The translations under genes and the position numbers were made by a program. The notes below the pieces were generated by a model that did not search any database, was not told where the DNA came from, and was given only the letters and a program-made list of their open reading frames with translations. From Fidelibacterota bacterium (GTDB lineage: Bacteria; Fidelibacterota; Marinisomatia; Marinisomatales; TCS55): DNA of 33,600 nucleotides. Shown in pieces: positions 22,364 through 31,360 of this stretch. The stretch spans positions 1 to 33,600 of the forward strand of contig JAPNQO010000024.1 in NCBI GenBank assembly GCA_027251445.1. The letters run 5' to 3'. Within the stretch, counting starts at the first letter, position 1. The number at the start of each line of letters is the position of its first letter.

Positions 22364-23553
22364 TAAATATTCCTCTCACTCAATTCAAGTTTTAATTTTT
22401 CTACCATATCTATTCTTTCCCATGTAAATAAATCATTTTCTCTCCCAAAATGTCCATAAGAAGCAGTTTGACGATAACGGGGATGTTTTAATTTTAAGTG
22501 TGAAATTATATCTCCAGGTTTTAATGGGAAAACCTTTTTAGCTAAATCTGTTAATTCTTCATCAGATATTTTCCCAGTATTAAAAGATTTAACATAAAAC
22601 GAAGTTGGTTCTGCAACACCTATACTGTAAGAAAACTGAACTTCACAATTATCTGCAAGATCAGAAGCAACAATATTCTTTGCAATATATCGAGCCATAT
22701 AGGCTGCTGATCGATCAACTTTAGAAGGATCTTTTCCAGAAAAAGCACCTCCTCCATGTGGCGCGTATCCACCATATGTATCCACAATAATCTTTCTTCC
22801 CGTTAGCCCAGTGTCAGCATCAGGGCCTCCAAATACAAATCTTCCAGTTCCATTAACTATGAAGCTACCTGAAGATTTTAATCCAGATTTTTCTAAAACA
22901 GGATTAATTACTTTTTCAATTACCTCTTGTTCAACAAAATTGTGTTCTAATTCCTCAGAACCAAATTTATCAATCATATCATCATGTTGAGTAGCAATTA
23001 CCACTTTAGAAATTGAATTTGGAACACCATTTAAATAGTCAACAGATACCTGAGATTTACCATCTGGGCCAAGCCATGGAAGTGTTCCATCTTTCCTTAA
23101 TTTTGCTAGACGTTCAGTGAGTCTATGGGATAAATGAATTGGCATGGGCATTAGTTCAGGGGTTTCTTTGCAGGCATATCCAAACATTAATCCCTGATCA
23201 CCTGCACCCTGTTCATGATCCTCCGATTGATCAACACCTTGTGCAATTTCAGTGCTTTGTTCTTGAAGCTTTATCATAATATCAACAGATTTATTATCCA
23301 TACCTTTATGCGTATTGGTGTAGCCTATTTCTTCTAGAGTTTTTCTCACTATTTTTTCAACATCGACTGTTGCTTTTGATCGTACTTCTCCAGAAACTAC
23401 TATTAGATTTTTTGTTGCTAAAGTTTCGCAAGCGATATGTGAATCTTTGTCATTTGATAAAAGACTATCAACTATAGCATCAGATATAGCATCACATACT
23501 TTGTCCGGATGACCTTCAGTAACTGATTCAGAAGTAAATGTAAACATGCTCAA
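22363..23553 (-). CDS. metK: S-adenosylmethionine synthetase
   Basis: [62 protein letters not shown]. Start is TTG 23553 or ATG 23547. TAATG coupling to ahcY. Confidence 0.98.
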   Translation of the reverse strand: MSMFTFTSESVTEGHPDKVCDAISDAIVDSLLSNDKDSHIACETLATKNLIVVSGEVRSKATVDVEKIVRKTLEEIGYTNTHKGMDNKSVDIMIKLQEQSTEIAQGVDQSEDHEQGAGDQGLMFGYACKETPELMPMPIHLSHRLTERLAKLRKDGTLPWLGPDGKSQVSVDYLNGVPNSISKVVIATQHDDMIDKFGSEELEHNFVEQEVIEKVINPVLEKSGLKSSGSFIVNGTGRFVFGGPDADTGLTGRKIIVDTYGGYAPHGGGAFSGKDPSKVDRSAAYMARYIAKNIVASDLADNCEVQFSYSIGVAEPTSFYVKSFNTGKISDEELTDLAKKVFPLKPGDIISHLKLKHPRYRQTASYGHFGRENDLFTWERIDMVEKLKLELSERNI

Positions 23554-23608
23554 AACCTTACCTTTCTTTATTTAAAGAACGCGAATGTAATAGAAATAAA
23601 TAAAATTA

Positions 23609-25198
23609 CTAAATAATTATTGGTCCAGAATTTTTAACAAGATCATCATTAATTTCATATTCAGTAAAGTTAGCTTGAAATTTTTCTATTAATTCTTTTG
23701 CTGCAGAAAAATAATTTTTTTCATTTTTCCACATTCTTTTTGGTAATAGCAGATCAGAATTTAAATCGTCAAGTTTAGTTGGTATTTGAAAACCAAAAAA
23801 AGGATCAATTTCAAATTCACATGAATTAATTGTACCATCTAAAATTTTGTGAATAATCTTTCGAGTAATAGGCAATGAAATTCTTGGGGATCCTGAACTA
23901 GCATTATGCCCTACCCATCCAGTATTAACTAAATAAGCAGGTACCTTAAAATTTTTCATTTTTTCTTTCAGTAACTCCGCATATTTCAGTGGGTGCAATG
24001 TTAAAAAAGGTCCACCAAAACAGGGTGAAAAAGTAGCCGTCGGCTCTATGATACCTCTCTCTGTTCCTGCAACTTTTGCTGTATATCCACTAATAAAATG
24101 ATACATTGCTTGTTCAGGAGATAATTTTGCAACTGGCGGTAAAACACCATATGCATCACAAGCTAGAAATATAATATTTTTTGGATGCCCTGCAGTACTA
24201 TTTCTACCCTGTGACAAGAGTGAATTATCTATATGTTCAAGAGGATAAGATACTCTCGTATTTTGTGTTTTTGAATCATCAGAAAAATCTATTAATCCAG
24301 AAGCTTTATCATAAACAACATTTTCTAAAAGAGCACCTTCTCGAATCGCATTATAAATATCTGGTTCATGCTCAGGGTTGAGATTAATTACTTTAGCATA
24401 ACATCCACCTTCAAAATTAAAAATTCCATCATCAGACCAGCCATGCTCATCATCTCCAATAAGAGAACGATCAGGGTCTGTTGATAGTGTTGTCTTTCCT
24501 GTACCGCTTAGACCAAAGAATATTGCGGAATTATCTCCATTTTTATCAGTATTAGCAGAACAATGCATAGAAAGGACTCCTTGCTGAGGAAGCAGATAGT
24601 GCAATACTGAAAAAATACCTTTTTTCATTTCACCACCGTACTCAGTACCACCAATGATTGCAATACGACGGCCAATATGGAATAAAACAAATGTTTTCGA
24701 ATTCAATCCATGTTGTTGAAAATCTTCATTTTGAATATCTGATGCATTAATAATGGTAAAATCTGGTTCAAATTTTTCTAGTTCAGCACTATTGGGTCTT
24801 ATAAACATATTATGTGCAAAATGTGCTTGCCATGCCTTTTTTGCAATAATTCTTACATTTAAACGATAAGTTTTATCTGCACCTGCAAATCCATCAAAAA
24901 TATATGAATTACTTACTCCATTATTATAATAATCAATTACTTTTGAGTATAAATCATCAAAGATTTTTTCATCTACTTTTTTATTAACTGAACCCCACCA
25001 AATCTTATCTCTTGAGCTAGGTTCATCCACAAAGTATTTATCATCAGGTGATCGACCTGTATAAATTCCTGTGTCCACCATTGCAGCTCCTCTTAAGCCT
25101 ACAAGCCCTTCCTTGTTTTGAACAATATGATGTACTAAATCCTTTACAGGTAAGTTTCTATAAAAGTTATCCAGTTGTTTTATACCTAGATTATGCAT
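23609..25198 (-). CDS. pckA: Phosphoenolpyruvate carboxykinase (ATP)
   Basis: TGRSPDDK, YGGEMKKGIFS, MHCSAN, FFGLSGTGKTTLS, LIGDDEHGW, FNFEGGCYAK, NTRVSYP. Confidence 0.97.
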   Translation of the reverse strand: MHNLGIKQLDNFYRNLPVKDLVHHIVQNKEGLVGLRGAAMVDTGIYTGRSPDDKYFVDEPSSRDKIWWGSVNKKVDEKIFDDLYSKVIDYYNNGVSNSYIFDGFAGADKTYRLNVRIIAKKAWQAHFAHNMFIRPNSAELEKFEPDFTIINASDIQNEDFQQHGLNSKTFVLFHIGRRIAIIGGTEYGGEMKKGIFSVLHYLLPQQGVLSMHCSANTDKNGDNSAIFFGLSGTGKTTLSTDPDRSLIGDDEHGWSDDGIFNFEGGCYAKVINLNPEHEPDIYNAIREGALLENVVYDKASGLIDFSDDSKTQNTRVSYPLEHIDNSLLSQGRNSTAGHPKNIIFLACDAYGVLPPVAKLSPEQAMYHFISGYTAKVAGTERGIIEPTATFSPCFGGPFLTLHPLKYAELLKEKMKNFKVPAYLVNTGWVGHNASSGSPRISLPITRKIIHKILDGTINSCEFEIDPFFGFQIPTKLDDLNSDLLLPKRMWKNEKNYFSAAKELIEKFQANFTEYEINDDLVKNSGPIII

Positions 25199-25206
25199 AC
25201 TAAAAA

Positions 25207-26109
25207 TTACCCATGAGGATGTGCTTGAGTGTAATCTTTTTTTAATTTTTCTATAGAAACATGCGTATAAATTTGAGTTGAGCTCAAACTACTATGACCA
25301 AGAAGATCCTTCACTGCCCGAATATCAGCTCCATTATCTAATAAATGAGTAGCGAAAGTATGTCTCAGTAAGTGTGGGCCAATTCTCTTTCCATCAGCTA
25401 CGAGTTTAATATAATTATTCATTCTTCTTTGTATAGTTCGTTTTGAAATACGTTTATCACTATTATTTACAAATAAAGGTTTATTTGCAAATGCAGGGTT
25501 TAAGGAAATATTCCGAATTTTTAAATAATTTTTAATCGCACTTTCAGCAGTTCTACCATAGGGAATCATACGTTCTTTATTTCCTTTACCAATAACACGA
25601 ATAAGTTTTTTATTAATTTCAAAATCGCCAATATTCATATTCACTAGCTCGCTTAAACGCATGCCAGTACTATAAAATAACTCTAATACGGCCCTATCTC
25701 TTATACCAATATGGGTATCCAACGATGGAGTCTTCATAAGTGTATCAATTAGGTTTTTATCAACAAAATTTGGCAACTTTTTTGGTACTTTGGGACTATT
25801 AATATGTATTGATATATTTTCTTGAATTAATTCAGTTTTTACTAAATATTTAAAATAAGATTTGATTGTTGCCAAACGACGAGCAACTGTCTTACTGGAA
25901 TAACCATTATCATATTCTTCTGCTAAAAATTTTCTAATGTCATTTCTATTAATTTTTGCCAATTTTTTTCTACTTAATGTATTATTTAAAAAATAATTAA
26001 AACGATTTAAATCATTTTTATATGCTTTTATAGTATGTAATGAAAAATTACGTTCTTTTTCTAGTGTAAGCATAAAAGACTCTATAGAATCAATTAAAAA
26101 GTCAGCCAT
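25207..26109 (-). CDS. xerC: Tyrosine recombinase XerC (chromosome dimer resolution)
   Basis: ERNFSLHTIKAYKNDL, RDRAVLELFYSTGMRLSEL, GKGNKER, HLLRHTFATHLL, LLGHSSLSSTQIYTHV, YTQAHP; 300 aa; housekeeping context. Confidence 0.85.
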   Translation of the reverse strand: MADFLIDSIESFMLTLEKERNFSLHTIKAYKNDLNRFNYFLNNTLSRKKLAKINRNDIRKFLAEEYDNGYSSKTVARRLATIKSYFKYLVKTELIQENISIHINSPKVPKKLPNFVDKNLIDTLMKTPSLDTHIGIRDRAVLELFYSTGMRLSELVNMNIGDFEINKKLIRVIGKGNKERMIPYGRTAESAIKNYLKIRNISLNPAFANKPLFVNNSDKRISKRTIQRRMNNYIKLVADGKRIGPHLLRHTFATHLLDNGADIRAVKDLLGHSSLSSTQIYTHVSIEKLKKDYTQAHPHG

Positions 26110-27055
26110 ATTTTTCAGTTAAAAAGTTGATTGCATCTATAAAATCATCAGGAAGTGGCGCATTAAATTTGATATTTTCATTAGTTTTTGGATGTATAAA
26201 TTCGATGCTTTTGGCATGTAATGCATGACGATTAAATATATGTAAAATATTTATTAATTCCTTTGAAACTTCAGGTAAAAATCCTTTAACTCTATTTTCA
26301 CCACCACCATACTTATTATCAGATACTATAGGGTGCCCCATAAAAGAAGAATGTACTCGAATTTGATGAGTTCGACCTGTTTTTGGCATAAACTCTACCT
26401 TTGATATATATCTCCAAGAATTCTTTATTTTATAACTAGTAAAAGCACTGCGTCCCATGTTATCAATTGTAAAAGCTGTAGGATCACTTCTTTTTCTTTT
26501 TATTGGCTTATCAATATTTCCTGTTTTTAAATCCCATAAACCCCATGTTAGGCTTATATATTTTTTACAAACTTTTCTTTTTTCAAATTGCTGAGCAATA
26601 TGTGTATGAGCAAAGTTTGTTTTTGCTATAATCATAATACCAGAGGTATCTTTATCTAAGCGGTGTACAATACCTAACCTTAATGGACCATTAATATCTG
26701 ATAATGATTTAGTATAATACATTAAACCATTTAACAAAGTATTATCATTAATACCACTACCTGGGTGTACAACTAAACCAGGTTGTTTATCAATAATTAA
26801 TATTTGCTCATCTTCATAAATTATGTTGAGCGGAATTTCTTGTGGCAGATGAATATTTTTTGATTCATTATTTTCCTCATAATAAATCACTATAGATTCA
26901 TCTCCATTTAACTTATAACTAGATTTTTCATTCTCACCATTAATTGTGACTTTTCCATCATTAATTAAGCCCTGAATCTTAGATCGAGAAAGATAATCTA
27001 TATTCTCTGATAGGTATTTGTCCAATCGCATATTTATGCTATTTGGGACATCCAA
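26102..27055 (-). CDS. rluD: RluA-family 23S rRNA pseudouridine synthase with S4 domain (RluD-like)
   Basis: RLDKYL...SRSKIQ S4 domain, KQPGLVVHPG, GIVHRLDKDTSG (catalytic Asp), TGRTHQIRVH, HALHA. Confidence 0.9.
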   Translation of the reverse strand: MDVPNSINMRLDKYLSENIDYLSRSKIQGLINDGKVTINGENEKSSYKLNGDESIVIYYEENNESKNIHLPQEIPLNIIYEDEQILIIDKQPGLVVHPGSGINDNTLLNGLMYYTKSLSDINGPLRLGIVHRLDKDTSGIMIIAKTNFAHTHIAQQFEKRKVCKKYISLTWGLWDLKTGNIDKPIKRKRSDPTAFTIDNMGRSAFTSYKIKNSWRYISKVEFMPKTGRTHQIRVHSSFMGHPIVSDNKYGGGENRVKGFLPEVSKELINILHIFNRHALHAKSIEFIHPKTNENIKFNAPLPDDFIDAINFLTEKYG

Positions 27056-27065
27056 TGTTAATACT

Positions 27066-27542
27066 TTACTCAGTATTGATTAAAGGTTTGGTATTAGATT
27101 GATGTTTAATTGAAAAAAATATATATAAAAACATACCAACTGTTACTGAAGAATCTGCTATGTTAAAAACATACCAATGGTAACCACCTATCATAAAATC
27201 AAAAAAATCTACTACTGTACCAAATAAAACTCTATCAATGAGATTTCCAATTGCACCTGCAAGGATACATAATAATGATATGCGGAGGATAATATTGCTG
27301 TTTCTTTCCTGCCAATAATACCATCCTAAAAAAATCGTCAATGAAATAGAAACAAGATTAAATAAGAAACTTCCTCCTGGGAAGTCCAATCCAAAAGCCA
27401 TTCCATCATTTGTAATATATGTAAGATGAAAAAAATTATTGATGATTGGTATACTTTCACCAATAGACATGTTATTGCGAACAACTGCCTTTGTTAGCTG
27501 ATCAACCGCTACAATAACAGCATTCACTATTAATAGCTTCAA
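27066..27542 (-). CDS. lspA: Lipoprotein signal peptidase II
   Basis: DQLTK, NDGMAFG, GAIGNLIDR, VVDF, VFNIADS. TTGA overlap with the upstream gene. Confidence 0.96.
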   Translation of the reverse strand: MKLLIVNAVIVAVDQLTKAVVRNNMSIGESIPIINNFFHLTYITNDGMAFGLDFPGGSFLFNLVSISLTIFLGWYYWQERNSNIILRISLLCILAGAIGNLIDRVLFGTVVDFFDFMIGGYHWYVFNIADSSVTVGMFLYIFFSIKHQSNTKPLINTE

Positions 27543-27931
27543 TTTAACCCGAGTTTATCTTTTTCTTTACAATTAACACATTTAGTAGCATTAGGAACTT
27601 CCATCATTCTTTCTTCTGCAATTAAATTATTGCAAATATTACACACTCCAAATGTTCCATCATCAATACGTTCAAGTGCAATTTCAAGGTTTTTATAATA
27701 ATCGCTTTCTCGACTCATTAAGTTGTAATTTTTTTCTTGTTCAAATGAATCTGTACCTGCGTCAGCCATGTGCACACTATATACAGATTCTTGAGACAAA
27801 TTTCCACTTGCATTAGAATTGTCAAGGATTCCATCATGTAAATCATCCATATCACTTGCTATTTCGTCCATTCTTTTTTCTATAGAATTTTTAAAAACTT
27901 TTAGTTTTGTTTTAGAATACTTTTTTGCCAT
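27539..27931 (-). CDS. TraR/DksA-family C4 zinc-finger protein
   Basis: Coiled coil with HMADAGTD tip, ALERIDDGTFGVCNIC...ERMMEVPNATKCVNCK; between ileS and lspA. Confidence 0.9.
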   Translation of the reverse strand: MAKKYSKTKLKVFKNSIEKRMDEIASDMDDLHDGILDNSNASGNLSQESVYSVHMADAGTDSFEQEKNYNLMSRESDYYKNLEIALERIDDGTFGVCNICNNLIAEERMMEVPNATKCVNCKEKDKLGLN

Positions 27932-27950
27932 ATAATACCTTATTTATTAT

Positions 27951-30900
27951 TTATGTTCGACTAATACCAATCTTCAAATGAATACCTTTTATTTCGAAAG
28001 AATCTTCATATTCCCCCGATTGAAATTCATCTATCATATTTGTTGTCAATGTTTCATTCATAAAATAATTTTCATATGTTTTTATCGCTTCTCCAATTTC
28101 TCCATCAAAAGAACCATAAATTATAATACGATCTTCAACCGCGAAATTAGCATTTTTCCTCATAATTTGCACGTGGCGAATTACATCCCTTGCAATTCCT
28201 TCTTGTATTAATTTTTCTGATAATTTAGTAGTTAAACCAACCGTAATATTTCCATCAGACTCCGAAGAATATCCTTTATTTGATTTTTTATTAATTAAAA
28301 AAGCATCCCTTTTAAGTATGATGTTTTTAGAGGAAATTGAAATCTCTACCTTTCCATTTTGATTAAGTTCAGAAATAATTTTATCTGAATCCATTTCTAA
28401 TATTCCATCTTTTATTTTAGGTAAGTCCTTTCCATGGTCTTGACCAATAAACGGAAGGTTTGGCTTTATTTCATATGCAATTAGGTCTTCAGTAGATTTA
28501 ACCAAATTTATTTTTTTAACATTTAATTCTTCAAGTATGATATTTTGATTCTCGATCACAAAACTTTCTAAGGTATTATCATCCAAATGAAAACATAGTT
28601 CCTCAAGTGGTTGTCTTATTTTTAACTCAGCTTTATTTCTTGCTGAACGACCCAATTCCACTATTTTTCTAATGGTATCTACCTGCTCTATCATTTTATG
28701 ATCAATATTTTTATCATTAATTACTGGATAATCACATAAATGAATACTTTCTGGCAAAGTATCATCAATGTTACAAACTAAATTCTGATATATTTTTTCA
28801 GATATGAATGGCAGTATTGGTGCAATAACTTTCACGCTCATTAATAAAACCTCATATAAAGTTTGATAAGCAGCTTTCTTATCCGAATCATTTTCAGATT
28901 TCCAGAATCTTCTTCTATTACGTCTTATATACCAATTTGATAGATCATCTAAAAATTTTTCATATTTTGGAATGAATTTATCTACTCGATAATTATCAAA
29001 TGCATTAACAGCTTCTTTTACAAGTAAATTTGATTTTTCTAATATCCATTTATCAAGCAGGGTTAAGTCACTACTTTTAATTTTTGTGTCTTTAGGAGAA
29101 AATTTATCCACTGCGGCATATGTAGCAAAAAATGAATATACATTCCAAAGAGTTAGTAGTTTTCTACGTACCTCATTAGCTGGACCATAACCAAAGAGTA
29201 AATTATTTTCAATATTTTGATTCGCATACATCCATCGCATAACATCCACACCAATATCTTCTGCAGCATCATCAAACCATATTGCATTACCCCATGACTT
29301 ATGCATATCTCTTCCAGTTTCATCTTTAACTAATGCATGTCCTAATAAAGTTTTGAAAGGTGCTTTATCTTCCATAACAGTGGATAATGCAAGTAAGGAA
29401 TAAAACCAATTTCTAAATTGGCCAGGAAAACTCTCTACAACAAAATCTCCAGGAAACCATTTTTCCCAATAAGATTTATCATCATTATAATTAAGAGTAG
29501 AATAAGGAACAATACCTGCATCAAGCCAAGGATTACCAACATCCAAGATCCTCTTACCTATTAATCCTGAATCCGGATGTTTGATCTTTACTTTATCAAT
29601 CCAAGGCCTGTGAGGACTTTGTCCTTCAAATTCATCCCAACCTTCAATAGCAAGATTTTTGAGTTCCTCTTTTGAGCCAACTACAATAAAAGTACCATCT
29701 TCAAATTCCCATATAGGTAAAGCCAAGCCCCAGAACCTTTTCTTTGAGATCATCCAGTCTCCCATATTATCAAGCCACTCATGTTCTCGCTCTTTTCCCC
29801 AATCAGGTATCCAGTTTATTTGATCTACAACTTTTTTGATTCTATTCCGCCAATCCATATTTATGTACCATTCATCAACCATACGAAATACTAATTCATC
29901 ACCTGATCGCCAACAATGTGGGTAGACATGTGGATATTGTTCTGAATAGAGGAGAAACCCTCTTTCTTTTAGATCGTCTACAATTTTTCTAATCGTTTCT
30001 TTTTCAGTGGCAACTAAGCCTGCCAGTGATCCAAATTTATCCATAAACTTTGCTTCACTATCTAATGGGGCAATATTTATAAATCCTAATTTCTTTCCAA
30101 TTTTATAATCAATGTCTCCGCAACCTGGAGCCATATGAACAATCCCAGTTCCTTCACCAGCAACAACAATATCCTTTCCTATACTATCTTTACCTGCATC
30201 AATAACCTGGTGTGTATTAACTCCATTTATTTTTTTTGATTTTAACGTATCATCTGTAAAAGGATAACCACCATATTCATTCTGGGCTTCAAGATCATCA
30301 AATGGACCAGAATATTTCAAACCAACAAGCTCTGATCCTTTTATGGTGCCCTCTAATTTGTAACCTCCACGTTCCTTAAAAATTTGAGAAATAGTCTTAA
30401 GCTTTGGAACGCCTTCAATCCATTGCTTTTTATCTGAAAACTGCTTTTCTAATCGTTGAAACTCAAGATTTTCTTTGGCAAAATAGTATAATGAGCCATC
30501 CGATGCGCGTAGCTTTACATACTCAAGATTTACATTTACTGCAGCCATAACATTAGATGTAAGAGTCCAAGGAGTAGTCGTCCACACTAATAAAAACTCA
30601 TTTTTTCTATCTAAGATAGGGAATCGAACAAATACTGATTCATGAGCAACAAGTTTTCTACCTTCGATAATTTCCATTTGAGAATAGGATGTCCCTGATT
30701 TACCGGACCATGGGACCACATCCATTCCTCTATATATTTTTTCATCTTCAAACAACTTTTTGAGCATAGACCAAATTGTATAATTGTTTTCATCTGACAT
30801 TGTGTAATAAGAATCATCCCAATCCATCCAATATCCTAAACGTTTTGATTGTTCTGTTTGAATAGCAGAATATTTTCTTACTCTATCTTTACAAAGATTA

Positions 30901-31250
30901 ACAAACTTTTCTATACCATATTCTTCAACATCTCTTTTGGATTTAAACCCTAATTCTTTTTCAACTTCAACTTCAACCCAAAGTCCTTGGCAATCAAATC
31001 CATTTTGATATCGTAAATCAAAGCCTTGCATTGCCTTGTAGCGGTTCATCATATCTTTAATTGTTCTTCCCCAGGCATGATGCACTCCCATAGGGTTATT
31101 TGCAGTGATTGGTCCATCGATAAAACTCCAAGGTGGTTTACCCTTGTTTTGAGCTACTCTTTTATTAAAAATATCATTCTTTTCCCAGAAGTCAAGAATG
31201 GAATGCTCTAACTTTACAAAATCAACCTGTGGCTCAACCTTTTTAATCAT
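27951..31250 (-). CDS. ileS: Isoleucyl-tRNA synthetase, type 2 (IleRS2)
   Basis: DGPITAN, GFDCQGL, VWTTTPWTL, GTGIVH, DWMISKKRFWG, WLDAG, GQFRNWFYSL, LSNWYIRRNRRRFW; IleRS2-type C-terminus (EGIARDVIRHVQIMRK) without the IleRS1 C-terminal Zn finger. Confidence 0.96.
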   Translation of the reverse strand: MIKKVEPQVDFVKLEHSILDFWEKNDIFNKRVAQNKGKPPWSFIDGPITANNPMGVHHAWGRTIKDMMNRYKAMQGFDLRYQNGFDCQGLWVEVEVEKELGFKSKRDVEEYGIEKFVNLCKDRVRKYSAIQTEQSKRLGYWMDWDDSYYTMSDENNYTIWSMLKKLFEDEKIYRGMDVVPWSGKSGTSYSQMEIIEGRKLVAHESVFVRFPILDRKNEFLLVWTTTPWTLTSNVMAAVNVNLEYVKLRASDGSLYYFAKENLEFQRLEKQFSDKKQWIEGVPKLKTISQIFKERGGYKLEGTIKGSELVGLKYSGPFDDLEAQNEYGGYPFTDDTLKSKKINGVNTHQVIDAGKDSIGKDIVVAGEGTGIVHMAPGCGDIDYKIGKKLGFINIAPLDSEAKFMDKFGSLAGLVATEKETIRKIVDDLKERGFLLYSEQYPHVYPHCWRSGDELVFRMVDEWYINMDWRNRIKKVVDQINWIPDWGKEREHEWLDNMGDWMISKKRFWGLALPIWEFEDGTFIVVGSKEELKNLAIEGWDEFEGQSPHRPWIDKVKIKHPDSGLIGKRILDVGNPWLDAGIVPYSTLNYNDDKSYWEKWFPGDFVVESFPGQFRNWFYSLLALSTVMEDKAPFKTLLGHALVKDETGRDMHKSWGNAIWFDDAAEDIGVDVMRWMYANQNIENNLLFGYGPANEVRRKLLTLWNVYSFFATYAAVDKFSPKDTKIKSSDLTLLDKWILEKSNLLVKEAVNAFDNYRVDKFIPKYEKFLDDLSNWYIRRNRRRFWKSENDSDKKAAYQTLYEVLLMSVKVIAPILPFISEKIYQNLVCNIDDTLPESIHLCDYPVINDKNIDHKMIEQVDTIRKIVELGRSARNKAELKIRQPLEELCFHLDDNTLESFVIENQNIILEELNVKKINLVKSTEDLIAYEIKPNLPFIGQDHGKDLPKIKDGILEMDSDKIISELNQNGKVEISISSKNIILKRDAFLINKKSNKGYSSESDGNITVGLTTKLSEKLIQEGIARDVIRHVQIMRKNANFAVEDRIIIYGSFDGEIGEAIKTYENYFMNETLTTNMIDEFQSGEYEDSFEIKGIHLKIGISRT

Positions 31251-31360
31251 TGCTATATAATCAATTATTTAAAATATAATAGGTTGGGAATTTATAAGCG
31301 TTCCTATTCGGTAGCAATTAGTTAGAGGAACAAAAATAAATATATTTTATTTACTGAAAA

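Noticed and set aside
25207..26109. Tyrosine recombinase as a prophage or island integrase
   Set aside because: XerC-like size and motifs, overlap with rluD inside a housekeeping string, and no adjacent tRNA, att-like repeats or phage genes.
31251..31360. T-box riboswitch or terminator upstream of ileS
   Set aside because: Only 110 nt, no T-box consensus on the minus strand, and only weak AT-rich pairings.
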